Below are positions 11,961 to 22,245 of a stretch of DNA of 64,000 nt, piece after piece. How positions within the stretch are numbered: the stretch's first letter is position 1; each line of letters opens with the position of its first letter. The position numbers and the translations under genes are program-made. The notes under the pieces are model-generated. The model saw only the letters and a program-made list of their open reading frames with translations, searched no databases and had not been told where the DNA came from. Origin of the DNA: an uncultured Acidobacteriota bacterium (GTDB lineage: Bacteria > Acidobacteriota > Vicinamibacteria > Vicinamibacterales > CAVVIG01); NCBI GenBank assembly GCA_963749565.1, contig CAVVNL010000004.1, positions 142,628 through 206,627 of the forward strand, given 5' to 3'.

Positions 11961-12641
11961 ATGATGCACTCGAGGTTCTTCATCGCGACAACTGTCCTCG
12001 CGGCCGTTACGCTCGCGCCTTGGACCTCGTTCGCGCAGACCCGCGGGCGAACCGGACCGCCTTCCGGCGGACAGGCGAGGCGCAGCGGCGGGCCGACGGT
12101 CCGACAGGCCGTCCCACGGCCGTCGTATCCGGGCGGCGGTTATCGACCCCCTTATTATCAGCCCTCCTATCGACCCTACTACGGGCCTGGCTTCTCCTAC
12201 GGGTACCCGTACGGCTTTTATCCATACGGCTCGGTCGGCTTCGGCTTCGGCTTCGGCTTCGGCTGGCACGGATCGATTGCGCTCGGCGTCGGCATTGGGT
12301 ATCCGGCCTACGGGTATCCCTATTACGCCGGCTATCCCTATTACTACTCGGGATATCGCAGTTACCGTTACCCTGCTTCCGGCTATGTCGTGGCGGCGCC
12401 TGGCAAGCCGTCCGGCGGCGTGAGAATCCTGGACGCTCCGAAGAGCGCCCAGGTCTTCGTGGACGGTTACTACGCCGGCGTGGTCGACGATTTCGATGGG
12501 AGGTCTCAGCAGGTGAACCTCGAGGCAAACGTGCACTACATCGAGATCCGAGCACCAGGGTTCGAGACGTTGTCGGTCGACGTTCGCACGCAACCGGGTC
12601 AGACGATCAACTACCGCGCGCTTATGCGGCCAGCGCAGTAG
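11961..12641 (+). CDS. PEGA-domain protein with a Tyr/Gly/Pro-rich low-complexity region
   Basis: ATG at 11961 follows GGAGAGGG. Signal-like MMHSRFFIATTVLAAVTLAPWTSFAQ, then ~110 aa of GYP-rich sequence (GGGYRPPYYQPSYRPYYGPGFSYGYPYGFYPYG...). The C-terminus is PEGA-like (VRILDAPKSAQVFVDGYYAGVVDDF...IEIRAPGFETL). Confidence 0.7.
   Translation: MMHSRFFIATTVLAAVTLAPWTSFAQTRGRTGPPSGGQARRSGGPTVRQAVPRPSYPGGGYRPPYYQPSYRPYYGPGFSYGYPYGFYPYGSVGFGFGFGFGWHGSIALGVGIGYPAYGYPYYAGYPYYYSGYRSYRYPASGYVVAAPGKPSGGVRILDAPKSAQVFVDGYYAGVVDDFDGRSQQVNLEANVHYIEIRAPGFETLSVDVRTQPGQTINYRALMRPAQ
12237..12260 (+). repeat. perfect hexanucleotide microsatellite (GGCTTC)x4 inside the PEGA gene
   Basis: ggcttcggcttcggcttcggcttc, encoding (GF)4. 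Confidence 0.9.
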
Positions 12642-12661
12642 CCGGCCGCTGGAGGTGTGAC

Positions 12662-13171
12662 GTGAAGAACCTCAGCCTGCACGAACGTGCGAGTCACGCA
12701 CTGGTTGTCCTCGGTCTCGCGGGGTTGGCGGTCGGGACTGCGGCGTGTGACACAATGGCAACGGAATGTTCCTGATCACGACGGCGTCTCCGGCCAGTCG
12801 CAGCGGTGGCGATCTCGCCGAATCTCATCGGCGTGACGTCGGTTGGCGGATTCGGCTGCACGGGCCTCGTCTTCGGCGCGTCGTTCGACGTGATCGTCGT
12901 GGCGAGCGGCCAGGACCTGACGGTGGATAGCATGATGCTGCACATGATCGACGGCACGAACCTCGGTGGGCCGTCGGTGACGATTCCCAGTTCGCAGCTG
13001 AACGCGCAGTTTGGCACGACGATCGTACGCGCCGGAACGAGCCGGGCGTTTCCGGTGCAACCCCGTTTTGGTTGTAGCGAGAGGCGGCCGCATTCCCTGG
13101 GCGCCACCGTCTTCGTGAAGGATCGGCACGGGAGGCACCAGTCACTGACCACGACAGTCGCGGTCCGATAG
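12662..13171 (+). CDS. small lipoprotein-like gene interrupted by an in-frame TGA (12773-12775)
   Basis: GGAGG plus a 6-nt spacer precedes the GTG at 12662. Signal/lipobox KNLSLHERASHALVVLGLAGLAVGTAAC. The TGA at 12773 is in the same frame as downstream ORF 12806..13171 (AISPNLIGVTSVGGFGCTGLVFGASFDVIVVASGQDLTV...). Confidence 0.45.
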
Positions 13172-13239
13172 TCGCGACGGAGGGTCGGCGACCTGTACAG
13201 ATCTTGGTCCGGCCCGCGAGATCTGCTGCTTCGAATGCC

Positions 13240-14541
13240 TCATGGAGTCCATGCGCCGAGCAAAATCGCCGCATCCAATCCGTTGACCCTGCAGTCCTGA
13301 TTGAGATCGGCGGGCTGGTGTGGAGGGCAGGGGGCATAGGTCGCGCTCCCGGTCCACGCGGCGCGCAGAAGAGCGAGGTCCGCACCGTTGACGAGGCCAT
13401 CGCAGTTGAGGTCGCTGGGCGCACAGCCCGTCCCGACCGGCGTCAGGAGGAAGGACCGCTGGCCGGCCATTCCCAATCGCATTCCCCAGCCCACGATCGT
13501 CCCCGTGTCGTTAATCGCCGTGGCGCGTTGCAGGATCCAGCCCGTGCCCGGCGGAATCAGCGTGTTCAGGTTCAGCGGCGCGCTGTCCGCGCTCGGCCAG
13601 ATCAGCGCCAGGCTCCCGCCTTGAAGGTCGATGTCGACCTTGCCAACAATCTGGCCGGAGACGTTCACGTCCTCGGCGGTGGAGAACAGTCCGCCGGGGA
13701 ACGATGCGATCTCGGTGATCTGATGCGCCGGGCCTGTCCAGACGACCGGGCGAATCTCCGCCTCGGTAGGGGTGACCATCACGTAGGCGCCGCCGGTGAT
13801 CATGCCCGCATCGTTGATGCGCGTCGGCGAGGCATAGTTGCCACCGAGATCGGGCAAGGGCGTGAGCACGCCCCCATCCCAGACGACGGCTTGCGTGGCT
13901 CCGGCCGTCGCGGTCCGCCGCCCGATGATCTGGCCCGAGTTGTTGATGGCGAACGCCCAGTACGGCCCGAGGCCTCCGGTGTTGGGCAGTATCGTCGCCT
14001 GGCCGTTGGTCCACACCGTCGCCCGTGCATCGCCGATCGGCGTCACCAGCCATCCGGCGGCTTGGCCGTTGCTATTTTCATCGCGCGCAAAGCTGCCGAC
14101 GTGTCCGGCAGGCAACGATAGGAAAGTCAGTTGGCCGCTGTCCCACCGGGCGGCCTGCGCTGTCGCTCGGGTGAGCGGGTTGGCCTTGTAGCCGACCACC
14201 ACGCCCCCGGGCGAGATCCCCAGCCCGGCGCTGGATCGTGAACCCGCTCCGCCAAGGTCGGTGGCTACCGCTCCATTCCACGACACCGCCCGCGGAACCA
14301 GCGCCTGATCCAGCGCACGCCCGGCGACCTGGCCGGCGTTGTTCACATCATTGGCCTCCACCACTGGTCCGCCGATGCCGGAGAGCTCGGCGACGGTGTA
14401 CTGAGATTGCGGCGCGCCTCCAGCCATTGCATCGTTCGGCCACAGGCACGTGAGAAGAATCACCGTGCGGGCGCCGAACCCGAGAGCATTGGCCAATCGA
14501 TGCATGGTTGACGACATGGGGAGCCCTCCAAAAACTCTCAT
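13240..14541 (-). CDS. HAF-family extracellular repeat protein with C-terminal dockerin-like EF-hand pair
   Basis: Repeated ...A.AINNSGQIIG / ...VVW.GG... units typical of HAF repeats. The C-terminus carries DLNCDGLVNGADLALLRAAW and DLNQDCRVNGLDAAILLGAW. Confidence 0.7.
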   Translation of the reverse strand: MRVFGGLPMSSTMHRLANALGFGARTVILLTCLWPNDAMAGGAPQSQYTVAELSGIGGPVVEANDVNNAGQVAGRALDQALVPRAVSWNGAVATDLGGAGSRSSAGLGISPGGVVVGYKANPLTRATAQAARWDSGQLTFLSLPAGHVGSFARDENSNGQAAGWLVTPIGDARATVWTNGQATILPNTGGLGPYWAFAINNSGQIIGRRTATAGATQAVVWDGGVLTPLPDLGGNYASPTRINDAGMITGGAYVMVTPTEAEIRPVVWTGPAHQITEIASFPGGLFSTAEDVNVSGQIVGKVDIDLQGGSLALIWPSADSAPLNLNTLIPPGTGWILQRATAINDTGTIVGWGMRLGMAGQRSFLLTPVGTGCAPSDLNCDGLVNGADLALLRAAWTGSATYAPCPPHQPADLNQDCRVNGLDAAILLGAWTP

Positions 14542-14676
14542 TCTCCAGCTTCACGTTCCCGTCCTGCAACAGTCCGGCTTACCGTGTGATATCTGCAAGC
14601 TTTCGATCGCGCCACAGTGTCGCGGCCTTTTAGCCGACCCGACAGCGAGTCCAGCATTACATGCCACACTTGATCG

Positions 14677-16848
14677 ATGGGCCCCACGGAGCGACCTGAA
14701 GAGAATCCGGCTGAAGCCGGATCCAACAACCTGAGTCGGATCAGGTTGGTCGTCGTGGGCGGAGCGCTGCTCGTCACGGCAGTCGCATTCGCGCTGATCT
14801 GGCGAACGTTCGGCGCCACGCGCGAAGTCGGACTGCCCTTGGACTGGACGGCCACCGCCCTCGTGCTCGCAGGCGACGGCATCACCGGGACACGCGACGG
14901 CGACGCCGCCGCGGCGCGCTTCACGGACCCATTCGGCGTGGCGAGCGCTGCGGACGGCACCGTCTACGTCAGCGACGGCGCGGGCGCCGATCGCATCCGC
15001 CGCATTTCTCCAGACGGCCGCGTTTCAACACTCGCGGGCAGCGAGAACGGCTATGCCGACGGCACCGGCGACGCCGCCCGGTTCAGCACGCCGTCCGGCC
15101 TGGCGCTCGACGCGAGTGGGACGCTCTACGTGGCCGACACCGGCAACAACGTCATCCGTCGCATCACGCAGGACGGGCACGTCTCGACGCTGGCCGGAGA
15201 CGGGGTCGCCGGCGCAAGCGACGGCCCTGCCCAGGCCGCGCGCTTCAACGGACCGATCGGCGTGGCCGTGGAGCCGGGCGGCCGCGTCCTGGTGGCCGAC
15301 ACGTATAACGATCGCATCCGGACCATCGATCCGGACGGCACGGTAAGCACGCTCGCACCCGACGCGCGCTTCCATACGCCGACCGGCGTCGCCGTCGATT
15401 CCGTCGGCAACATTTATGTTGCCGACACAGGAAACGGCCTCATCCGCGTCATCGATCGGTCCGGCTTCGTCACCAACGTACCCTCGCCCTTCGACGGGCT
15501 CTTCCATCCGATTGGCATTGCCGCGGGCTCGGCGGGCGAGATCTACGCCACCGACGAGCGCGGACGGATCGTGGAAATCAGGGCCGACGGCTCGCGCATC
15601 GTGGCGGGATCGGGGCCCGGCTTCCGCGACGGCGGGGGGCGCGATGCGCTCTTCCGCAACCCGACCGGGATCGCATGGGTGTCACCCGGCCGGCTGATCG
15701 TCGCCGACGCGGGCAATGCGCTGGTGCGGCTCGTCACCGCTTCGTCCCAACTCGAGCTCCGCCTGCCCGCTTCGCCGCGGATCGCGCCGCAATTCGATGC
15801 CGACCGGTTCGGCTGGCAACCGCTTCTCTGGCCGGTCGCGCCGTTTGACGGCCCCCACGAGATTGCCGGCACGCTCGGCGAAGCCCGGGGCAGCGAGGGG
15901 GCCGCACGCCTTCATGCCGGCATCGACGTGCGAATCGAGCAGGGAACGCTGGTGCACGCGGTGCGCGACGGCATCGTCACGAGCCCGGTGTCCACCGATG
16001 GGTTCGGCTCGCTGAACGAATGGCTCCGGATCGGCCCGATCGTCTACGTCCACATCCGCGCCGGCAGAGGGCGGCGCAACGACATGGTCGATCTCGAGCG
16101 GTTCGTTCCCGCATACGAGCGCGGCAGGCTGGCGGGGCTGCGGGTCAAGCGCGGCGCGCGATTCACCACGGGCGAGGTGATCGGAAGCGTGAACGCGTTC
16201 AACCACGTGCATCTGAACGTCGGCTGGCCGGGCGAAGAGCACAACCCGCTCGTGTTCCGGCTCGTCCAGTTCGAGGACACCATCCCGCCGACCATCCCTC
16301 CGGGTGGCATCCTGCTGTACGACGAGGAGACACGGCCGCTTTCGCGGCGGTTCGACGGGCGGGTCGTCGTCGAGGGGCAAGTACAGATCGTGGTCGACGC
16401 ATGGGATCAGGCCGACGGCAACCAGCCGCAGCGGCGGCTCGGCCTTTACGATCTTGGCTATCAAGTGTTGAACCGCGACGGCTCGCCAGCGGCGGGTTTC
16501 GAGACCGTGCGTCACACTCAGCGCTTCGATCGCTTCTCCCAGGATCCAAGTGTGGCGGCGCTGGTGTACGCGCCGGGCAGCGGCATCCCCTTCTATCGCG
16601 GCGGACGCACGCGATTCCTCTACGTTGTCACGACCACGCTGCGGGAGGGACGGGCGTCGAAAGGATTCTGGGACACCACGCTGCTGGCGCCAGGCGATTA
16701 CATCGTCCGCGTGCAGGCTGCCGATGTGCGCGGGAACGTCGCCGTCGAGAATCGCGATGTGCCCGTGACGATCGTTCGGGCGCCTCCGACGGTCGCCGGA
16801 CACAACGACACCGACAGTCGGTGGAGTTCTATGCCGCTTCCACGCTGA
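14677..16848 (+). CDS. membrane-anchored NHL-repeat / M23 peptidase-domain protein
   Basis: TM segment LVVVGGALLVTAVAFALIW and NHL-type repeats (PFGVASAADGTVYVSD, PSGLALDASGTLYVADTGNNVIRRI, PIGVAVEPGGRVLVADTYNDRIR...). M23 motifs HAGIDVRIEQGTLVHAVRDGIV and FNHVHLNVG. The start is uncertain because REP-like hairpins lie in the first ~25 codons. Confidence 0.75.
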   Translation: MGPTERPEENPAEAGSNNLSRIRLVVVGGALLVTAVAFALIWRTFGATREVGLPLDWTATALVLAGDGITGTRDGDAAAARFTDPFGVASAADGTVYVSDGAGADRIRRISPDGRVSTLAGSENGYADGTGDAARFSTPSGLALDASGTLYVADTGNNVIRRITQDGHVSTLAGDGVAGASDGPAQAARFNGPIGVAVEPGGRVLVADTYNDRIRTIDPDGTVSTLAPDARFHTPTGVAVDSVGNIYVADTGNGLIRVIDRSGFVTNVPSPFDGLFHPIGIAAGSAGEIYATDERGRIVEIRADGSRIVAGSGPGFRDGGGRDALFRNPTGIAWVSPGRLIVADAGNALVRLVTASSQLELRLPASPRIAPQFDADRFGWQPLLWPVAPFDGPHEIAGTLGEARGSEGAARLHAGIDVRIEQGTLVHAVRDGIVTSPVSTDGFGSLNEWLRIGPIVYVHIRAGRGRRNDMVDLERFVPAYERGRLAGLRVKRGARFTTGEVIGSVNAFNHVHLNVGWPGEEHNPLVFRLVQFEDTIPPTIPPGGILLYDEETRPLSRRFDGRVVVEGQVQIVVDAWDQADGNQPQRRLGLYDLGYQVLNRDGSPAAGFETVRHTQRFDRFSQDPSVAALVYAPGSGIPFYRGGRTRFLYVVTTTLREGRASKGFWDTTLLAPGDYIVRVQAADVRGNVAVENRDVPVTIVRAPPTVAGHNDTDSRWSSMPLPR
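14705..14747. repeat. REP-like hairpin pair in the 5-prime end of, or upstream of, the NHL/M23 gene
   Basis: ATCCGGC-TGAA-GCCGGAT (14705-14722), then AACCTGA-gtcgga-TCAGGTT (14728-14747). The first hairpin has the same core as the hairpins at 27703-27772. Confidence 0.6.
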
Positions 16849-16849
16849 C

Positions 16850-17704
16850 TTACCGAATGCGCGTGGCGGGGAACCGCGCGGGCGCCGCGCCCTTCGCAGT
16901 CGCCTGAATCGTGTCGCCGCTCACGCTCCCCTCGTATTCCACTCCGTCGATCGTCAACGTGATCGCGTTTCCACGCAGGCGCCCCTTCACCTGCCCGGGG
17001 GGCCCGCCGGTCGGCGTGTAGGCGCCCTCCACCATCTGGTAGCGCTGCGTGAGGGAGAGCACGCCGTCAGCGACCCTCCAACTGCCCTGGACTTTCGCCG
17101 GAATGATGAACAAATGCGACGAACACCAGCTGTCGCACCCGTCTTCGAGCGTCTGCGTGTCATCGGCTGTCCAGCCGCTGGCCCAGTAGGTGTTCGCCAC
17201 AATCCGCGTGCCTGGCGGCAGGTCGAGGAACTTGGGAACCAGCTTTTCGATATTCGAAGGAAGGAGGAACAATGCAAGGACCGTGGCTTTCGAGATGTCG
17301 GCGGCATACATGTCGCCCTGGACGAATGCCGCTTTCTCGCTCACACCCGCTTCGGCCGCCTGCCGCTTCGAGTACTCCACAAGCTCCGCGTTGTACTCGA
17401 CGCCGAGCCCGCGCGCGCCGCGTTTGGCCGCGGCGATGATCGTGCGGCCATCACCAGACCCGAGGTCGATCACGAAATCCTGCGGCGTGAGCTTGACGTG
17501 GTCGAACATGGTCTCGACCATCGCTTCCGATGTCGGAACCCACACGGCATCTTTGCCAGGCTGGCCGACCGTCGGCTTGTACGGCTCCGTCGTTTGCGCC
17601 CACCCCTGCGTCCCGGTGAGCAACCCCACGCATACAAGGCACGGCAGGAATCCAAGACGGGGAAGATCATGTGTTCGTCCTCCTGACGCCGAAGATGCCC
17701 TCAT
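16850..17704 (-). CDS. class I SAM-dependent methyltransferase-fold protein with N-terminal signal-like segment
   Basis: SAM motif VIDLGSGDGRTIIAAAKRG followed by GVEYNAELV...FVQGDMY. N-terminus LGFLPCLVCVGLLTGTQGWAQ, plus an extra C-terminal ~100-aa domain. Confidence 0.7.
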   Translation of the reverse strand: MRASSASGGRTHDLPRLGFLPCLVCVGLLTGTQGWAQTTEPYKPTVGQPGKDAVWVPTSEAMVETMFDHVKLTPQDFVIDLGSGDGRTIIAAAKRGARGLGVEYNAELVEYSKRQAAEAGVSEKAAFVQGDMYAADISKATVLALFLLPSNIEKLVPKFLDLPPGTRIVANTYWASGWTADDTQTLEDGCDSWCSSHLFIIPAKVQGSWRVADGVLSLTQRYQMVEGAYTPTGGPPGQVKGRLRGNAITLTIDGVEYEGSVSGDTIQATAKGAAPARFPATRIR

Positions 17705-17705
17705 T

Positions 17706-18566
17706 TTACCGCTCTGCTGCCGTGCCTGGAAGCGGCCTACAAACGTGCGGATTGAGCAACGCCTGGACGCGCGCTTCCGTCGGAGGATGGGTGCTGAAGA
17801 GTCCCATCAGGCCGCCAGCGGAGAACGGCTTGATGATGAACATGTGCGCCGTCGCCGGGTTGGCGTCCAGCGGGACCGCCCGGGCCGCGCCTTCGATCTT
17901 TCGCAGGGCGTTGACCAGACCGTGAGGATTGCCCGTGAGGGCAGCGGCGCCGGCGTCCGCGTGGAACTCGCGCGAGCGCGAGATCGCCGCCTGAATCAGC
18001 ATCGCGGCAAGCGGCGCAAGGATCATCGTCGCGAGCAGCGCGATCGGGTTCCCGCCACGGTCGTTGTCCCGGCCTCCGCCAAAGAACATCGCGAAGCGCG
18101 ACACCATCATGATCGTCGCACCGATGGTCGCGGCGATCGAGCTGATCAGGATGTCGCGGTGCTTGACGTGCGCGAGCTCGTGGGCGATCACGCCCTCCAA
18201 CTCCCCCTCGCTCAGAATCCGAAGGATTCCTTCGGTGGCCGCCACGGCCGCGTGCTTCGGATTCCGGCCCGTCGCAAACGCGTTCGGCGAGGCCTGGGGA
18301 ATCACGTAGCAGCGGGGCATGGGGATGCCGGCCCGCTGCACCAGCCGGTTGGTGAGCCGGTACAAGAGGTGGTCGGGGCCAACCTCTTTCGCGCTGTACA
18401 TCCGAAGGACAATCTTGTCCGAGAACCAGTAGGACCCGAAGTTGGCGACGACGGCGAATACGAATCCGAGCATCAGCCCCTGAGCGCCGCCGAGCGCCTG
18501 GCCGATGAAGAGTAACAGTGCGCTGAGCGCACCGAGCAGGAATGCGGTCTTGAGAACGTTGCTCAT
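17706..18566 (-). CDS. htpX: zinc metalloprotease HtpX (M48)
   Basis: HEXXH motif (VIAHELAHVKHRD), four predicted TM segments, and a C-terminal FSTHPPTEARVQALL. Intact 286 aa. Confidence 0.9.
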   Translation of the reverse strand: MSNVLKTAFLLGALSALLLFIGQALGGAQGLMLGFVFAVVANFGSYWFSDKIVLRMYSAKEVGPDHLLYRLTNRLVQRAGIPMPRCYVIPQASPNAFATGRNPKHAAVAATEGILRILSEGELEGVIAHELAHVKHRDILISSIAATIGATIMMVSRFAMFFGGGRDNDRGGNPIALLATMILAPLAAMLIQAAISRSREFHADAGAAALTGNPHGLVNALRKIEGAARAVPLDANPATAHMFIIKPFSAGGLMGLFSTHPPTEARVQALLNPHVCRPLPGTAAER

Positions 18567-18625
18567 ATCTATATTCTACAGACGCTCCGCCGCCATGTCA
18601 GGTTCCAGGGCGGCGGTATAATTCA

Positions 18626-19405
18626 GTGATGCTGGCCCCGGTACTTGCTCTGATCGTTGTCGGTTCGATGGTTTCGCTGCTTGCGGCGCCCCAGGGACAA
18701 CCAGTGCCTCAACCGTTCCCCCGGCCGGGTGTTCCGGTCGCGCCCCCGGCCCCGGCCCAGCCGGCACCGCCGCCTAAGCCATCACAGACGCCGCCCGCTC
18801 CGGCCGCCGTGGCGACCGGAGGAGCGCCGACCGAGGCCATGCTCGGCGTGCCTGTCTATCCGGGCGCGCAGTTCATGACCTCCTACGATGCCGGACGCGG
18901 CCAGCGGTACTACCTGTTCGGGACTCCGGCGCCGTTCGTCGATGTTGTGGCGTATTACCGGACGATGCTCAAGCAGAGGGGCAACGTTGTTTACGAAGCT
19001 CCGGCGACACATCAGTTCGACGTCGGCCGGTTCGACGAAGACACGATGGCGTTTCCGCCGGGCGTGACGATCAAGGACTTTCAGTCGGATCTGTCGCAGG
19101 GGTTTCCCAACCCGAAGCCGGGCGGTCAGCCGGCGCGGTTTTCGACCATCATTCAGATCGTGCCGGTACTGCGGGAAATAAGCCCCCCTGGTGGTAACCC
19201 ACTGGGCACTCGCGCCGGTATCGTCCTGTCGAAACCCGTATCGCTCAAGGACTCGAGAAACGCCACGATATCCCGCATCTCGCTCTCGCTCATGTCGTCC
19301 ACGCGAACGAAACGCCTGTCCAGACGGGCCGCACCGTCGTCGCCGCCCCGCCGGCCTCCTGCGTCAGTCAAAACATTGGGATTTTCGGAGCGCCCGTTGT
19401 CGTAG
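18626..19405 (+). CDS. Pro-rich secreted hypothetical protein (true 3-prime end probably near 19160-19200)
   Basis: Signal-like MMLAPVLALIVVGSMVSLLAA, a PxP-rich linker, then a conserved-looking domain (GVPVYPGAQFMTSYDAGRGQRYYLFGT...). The last ~80 codons of the ORF run antisense to the peroxidase gene and are probably not real. Confidence 0.5.
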   Translation: MMLAPVLALIVVGSMVSLLAAPQGQPVPQPFPRPGVPVAPPAPAQPAPPPKPSQTPPAPAAVATGGAPTEAMLGVPVYPGAQFMTSYDAGRGQRYYLFGTPAPFVDVVAYYRTMLKQRGNVVYEAPATHQFDVGRFDEDTMAFPPGVTIKDFQSDLSQGFPNPKPGGQPARFSTIIQIVPVLREISPPGGNPLGTRAGIVLSKPVSLKDSRNATISRISLSLMSSTRTKRLSRRAAPSSPPRRPPASVKTLGFSERPLS

Positions 19406-20381
19406 AAACGGAGGACGTCGTCGAGCGTGGCGAGCATGCCGTTGTGCATGTAGGGGGCCGTCAGCGCCACGTTCCGGAGCGTGGGCGTGCGGAAGCGGTA
19501 GCGCCGCGGCCCGGCGTCCGGCTCGGCGAGCTTTGGATTCTCCCGGACGCCTTCGGCGTGCAGCTGGAAATCGGAAAACATGGTGCCTCTGTGGCACCCG
19601 TCACAACCGGCGGTGTCGAAAGCCTGCCGGCCGCGCCGCTGCTGGGCGGTAAGGGCATTCGCGTCGCCGGCGCGGAACCGATCGAACGGGCTGTTCATCG
19701 CGACAAGACTGCGTTCGAATTCGGCAATGGCCTGGCCCAGGCGCTGGGCGTCGACGGACGTATCTGGCCCGAACGCCTGTTTGAAGAGCGCCACGTACTC
19801 CGGATTCGCCCGGAGGCGGGAGACGACGGTGTCGACAGCCGAGGCTTCGCTGTACGCGTCGCCCCGCATCTCTTCCCGCGACTTGAGGGGTTCGAGAGCC
19901 TGGGCTTCGAGGCTCCGGATCCGGTTGTCCCAGAGCATCGGCGCAGATGCCTGATCCACAGACTCGAGCGTCGCCTCGCCCGCGTCCCGCCGCCCCCTTC
20001 GTCCGTTCAAGCCGTTGAAGGCTGTGTTGAGCACTGTTGGAGAATTGCGCTTCACAACCGGGATGCGCCCTCCCGATGCATCTCTGCGCGCCGGTCCCAG
20101 GCCGGCAGAACCGGACCCCAGCGAGAGATCGCGGCCATCCGCGTACGCGAAATCGGGGTGGTGACAAGTGGCGCACGCGACGTCCTTGTTGCCGGACAGG
20201 ATGGGATCCCAGAACAGCAGACGTCCCAGATCGACCGTGGCCTTCGAACCTGCCGTTGGCCGCAGCGTCGATGCCCGGACCAGCAGTCCGTCCGCTGGCT
20301 CTGGCCGGCAATGTGCGCGGTCAACAGCACGCCACTCGCCAAACAGACGAGCACAAGAACGCTCGAGGGAATGCGGCGCAT
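19153..20381 (-). CDS. di-heme cytochrome c peroxidase (CCP/MauG family), one frame break
   Basis: Signal MRRIPSSVLVLVCLASGVLL and heme motifs CATCHHPDF (found by hand translation, 20150-20180) and CDGCHRG. Also TPTLRNVALTAPYMHNG. A -1-like break near 20300 joins ORF 20052..20381 to ORF 19153..20055. Confidence 0.8.
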
Positions 20382-20383
20382 AG

Positions 20384-22086
<1,703 letters not shown>

Positions 22087-22245
22087 ACGAACTATGACTA
22101 TATCGTGAATTTGGCAACCGGGTCATTGGATAATCCGAGTTGGTCAGGTGTATCGTGCTGGTCTCGGTCGCCAGGAAATTGGTCCGTTTTGCGTGTTCGC
22201 ACATTGCCGGTTTTTCGTTATCTGTAAGGTAGTGAGGCAAGTTCA

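Noticed and set aside
12773-12775. Selenocysteine as the explanation for the in-frame TGAs at 12773 and 27775
   Set aside because: I could not find a stable hairpin with a GGUC-type apical loop at the ~18-nt spacing seen at the genuine fdhA Sec codon. Neither context resembles a redox CxxU/UxxC motif. I keep it only as a remote possibility under the findings.
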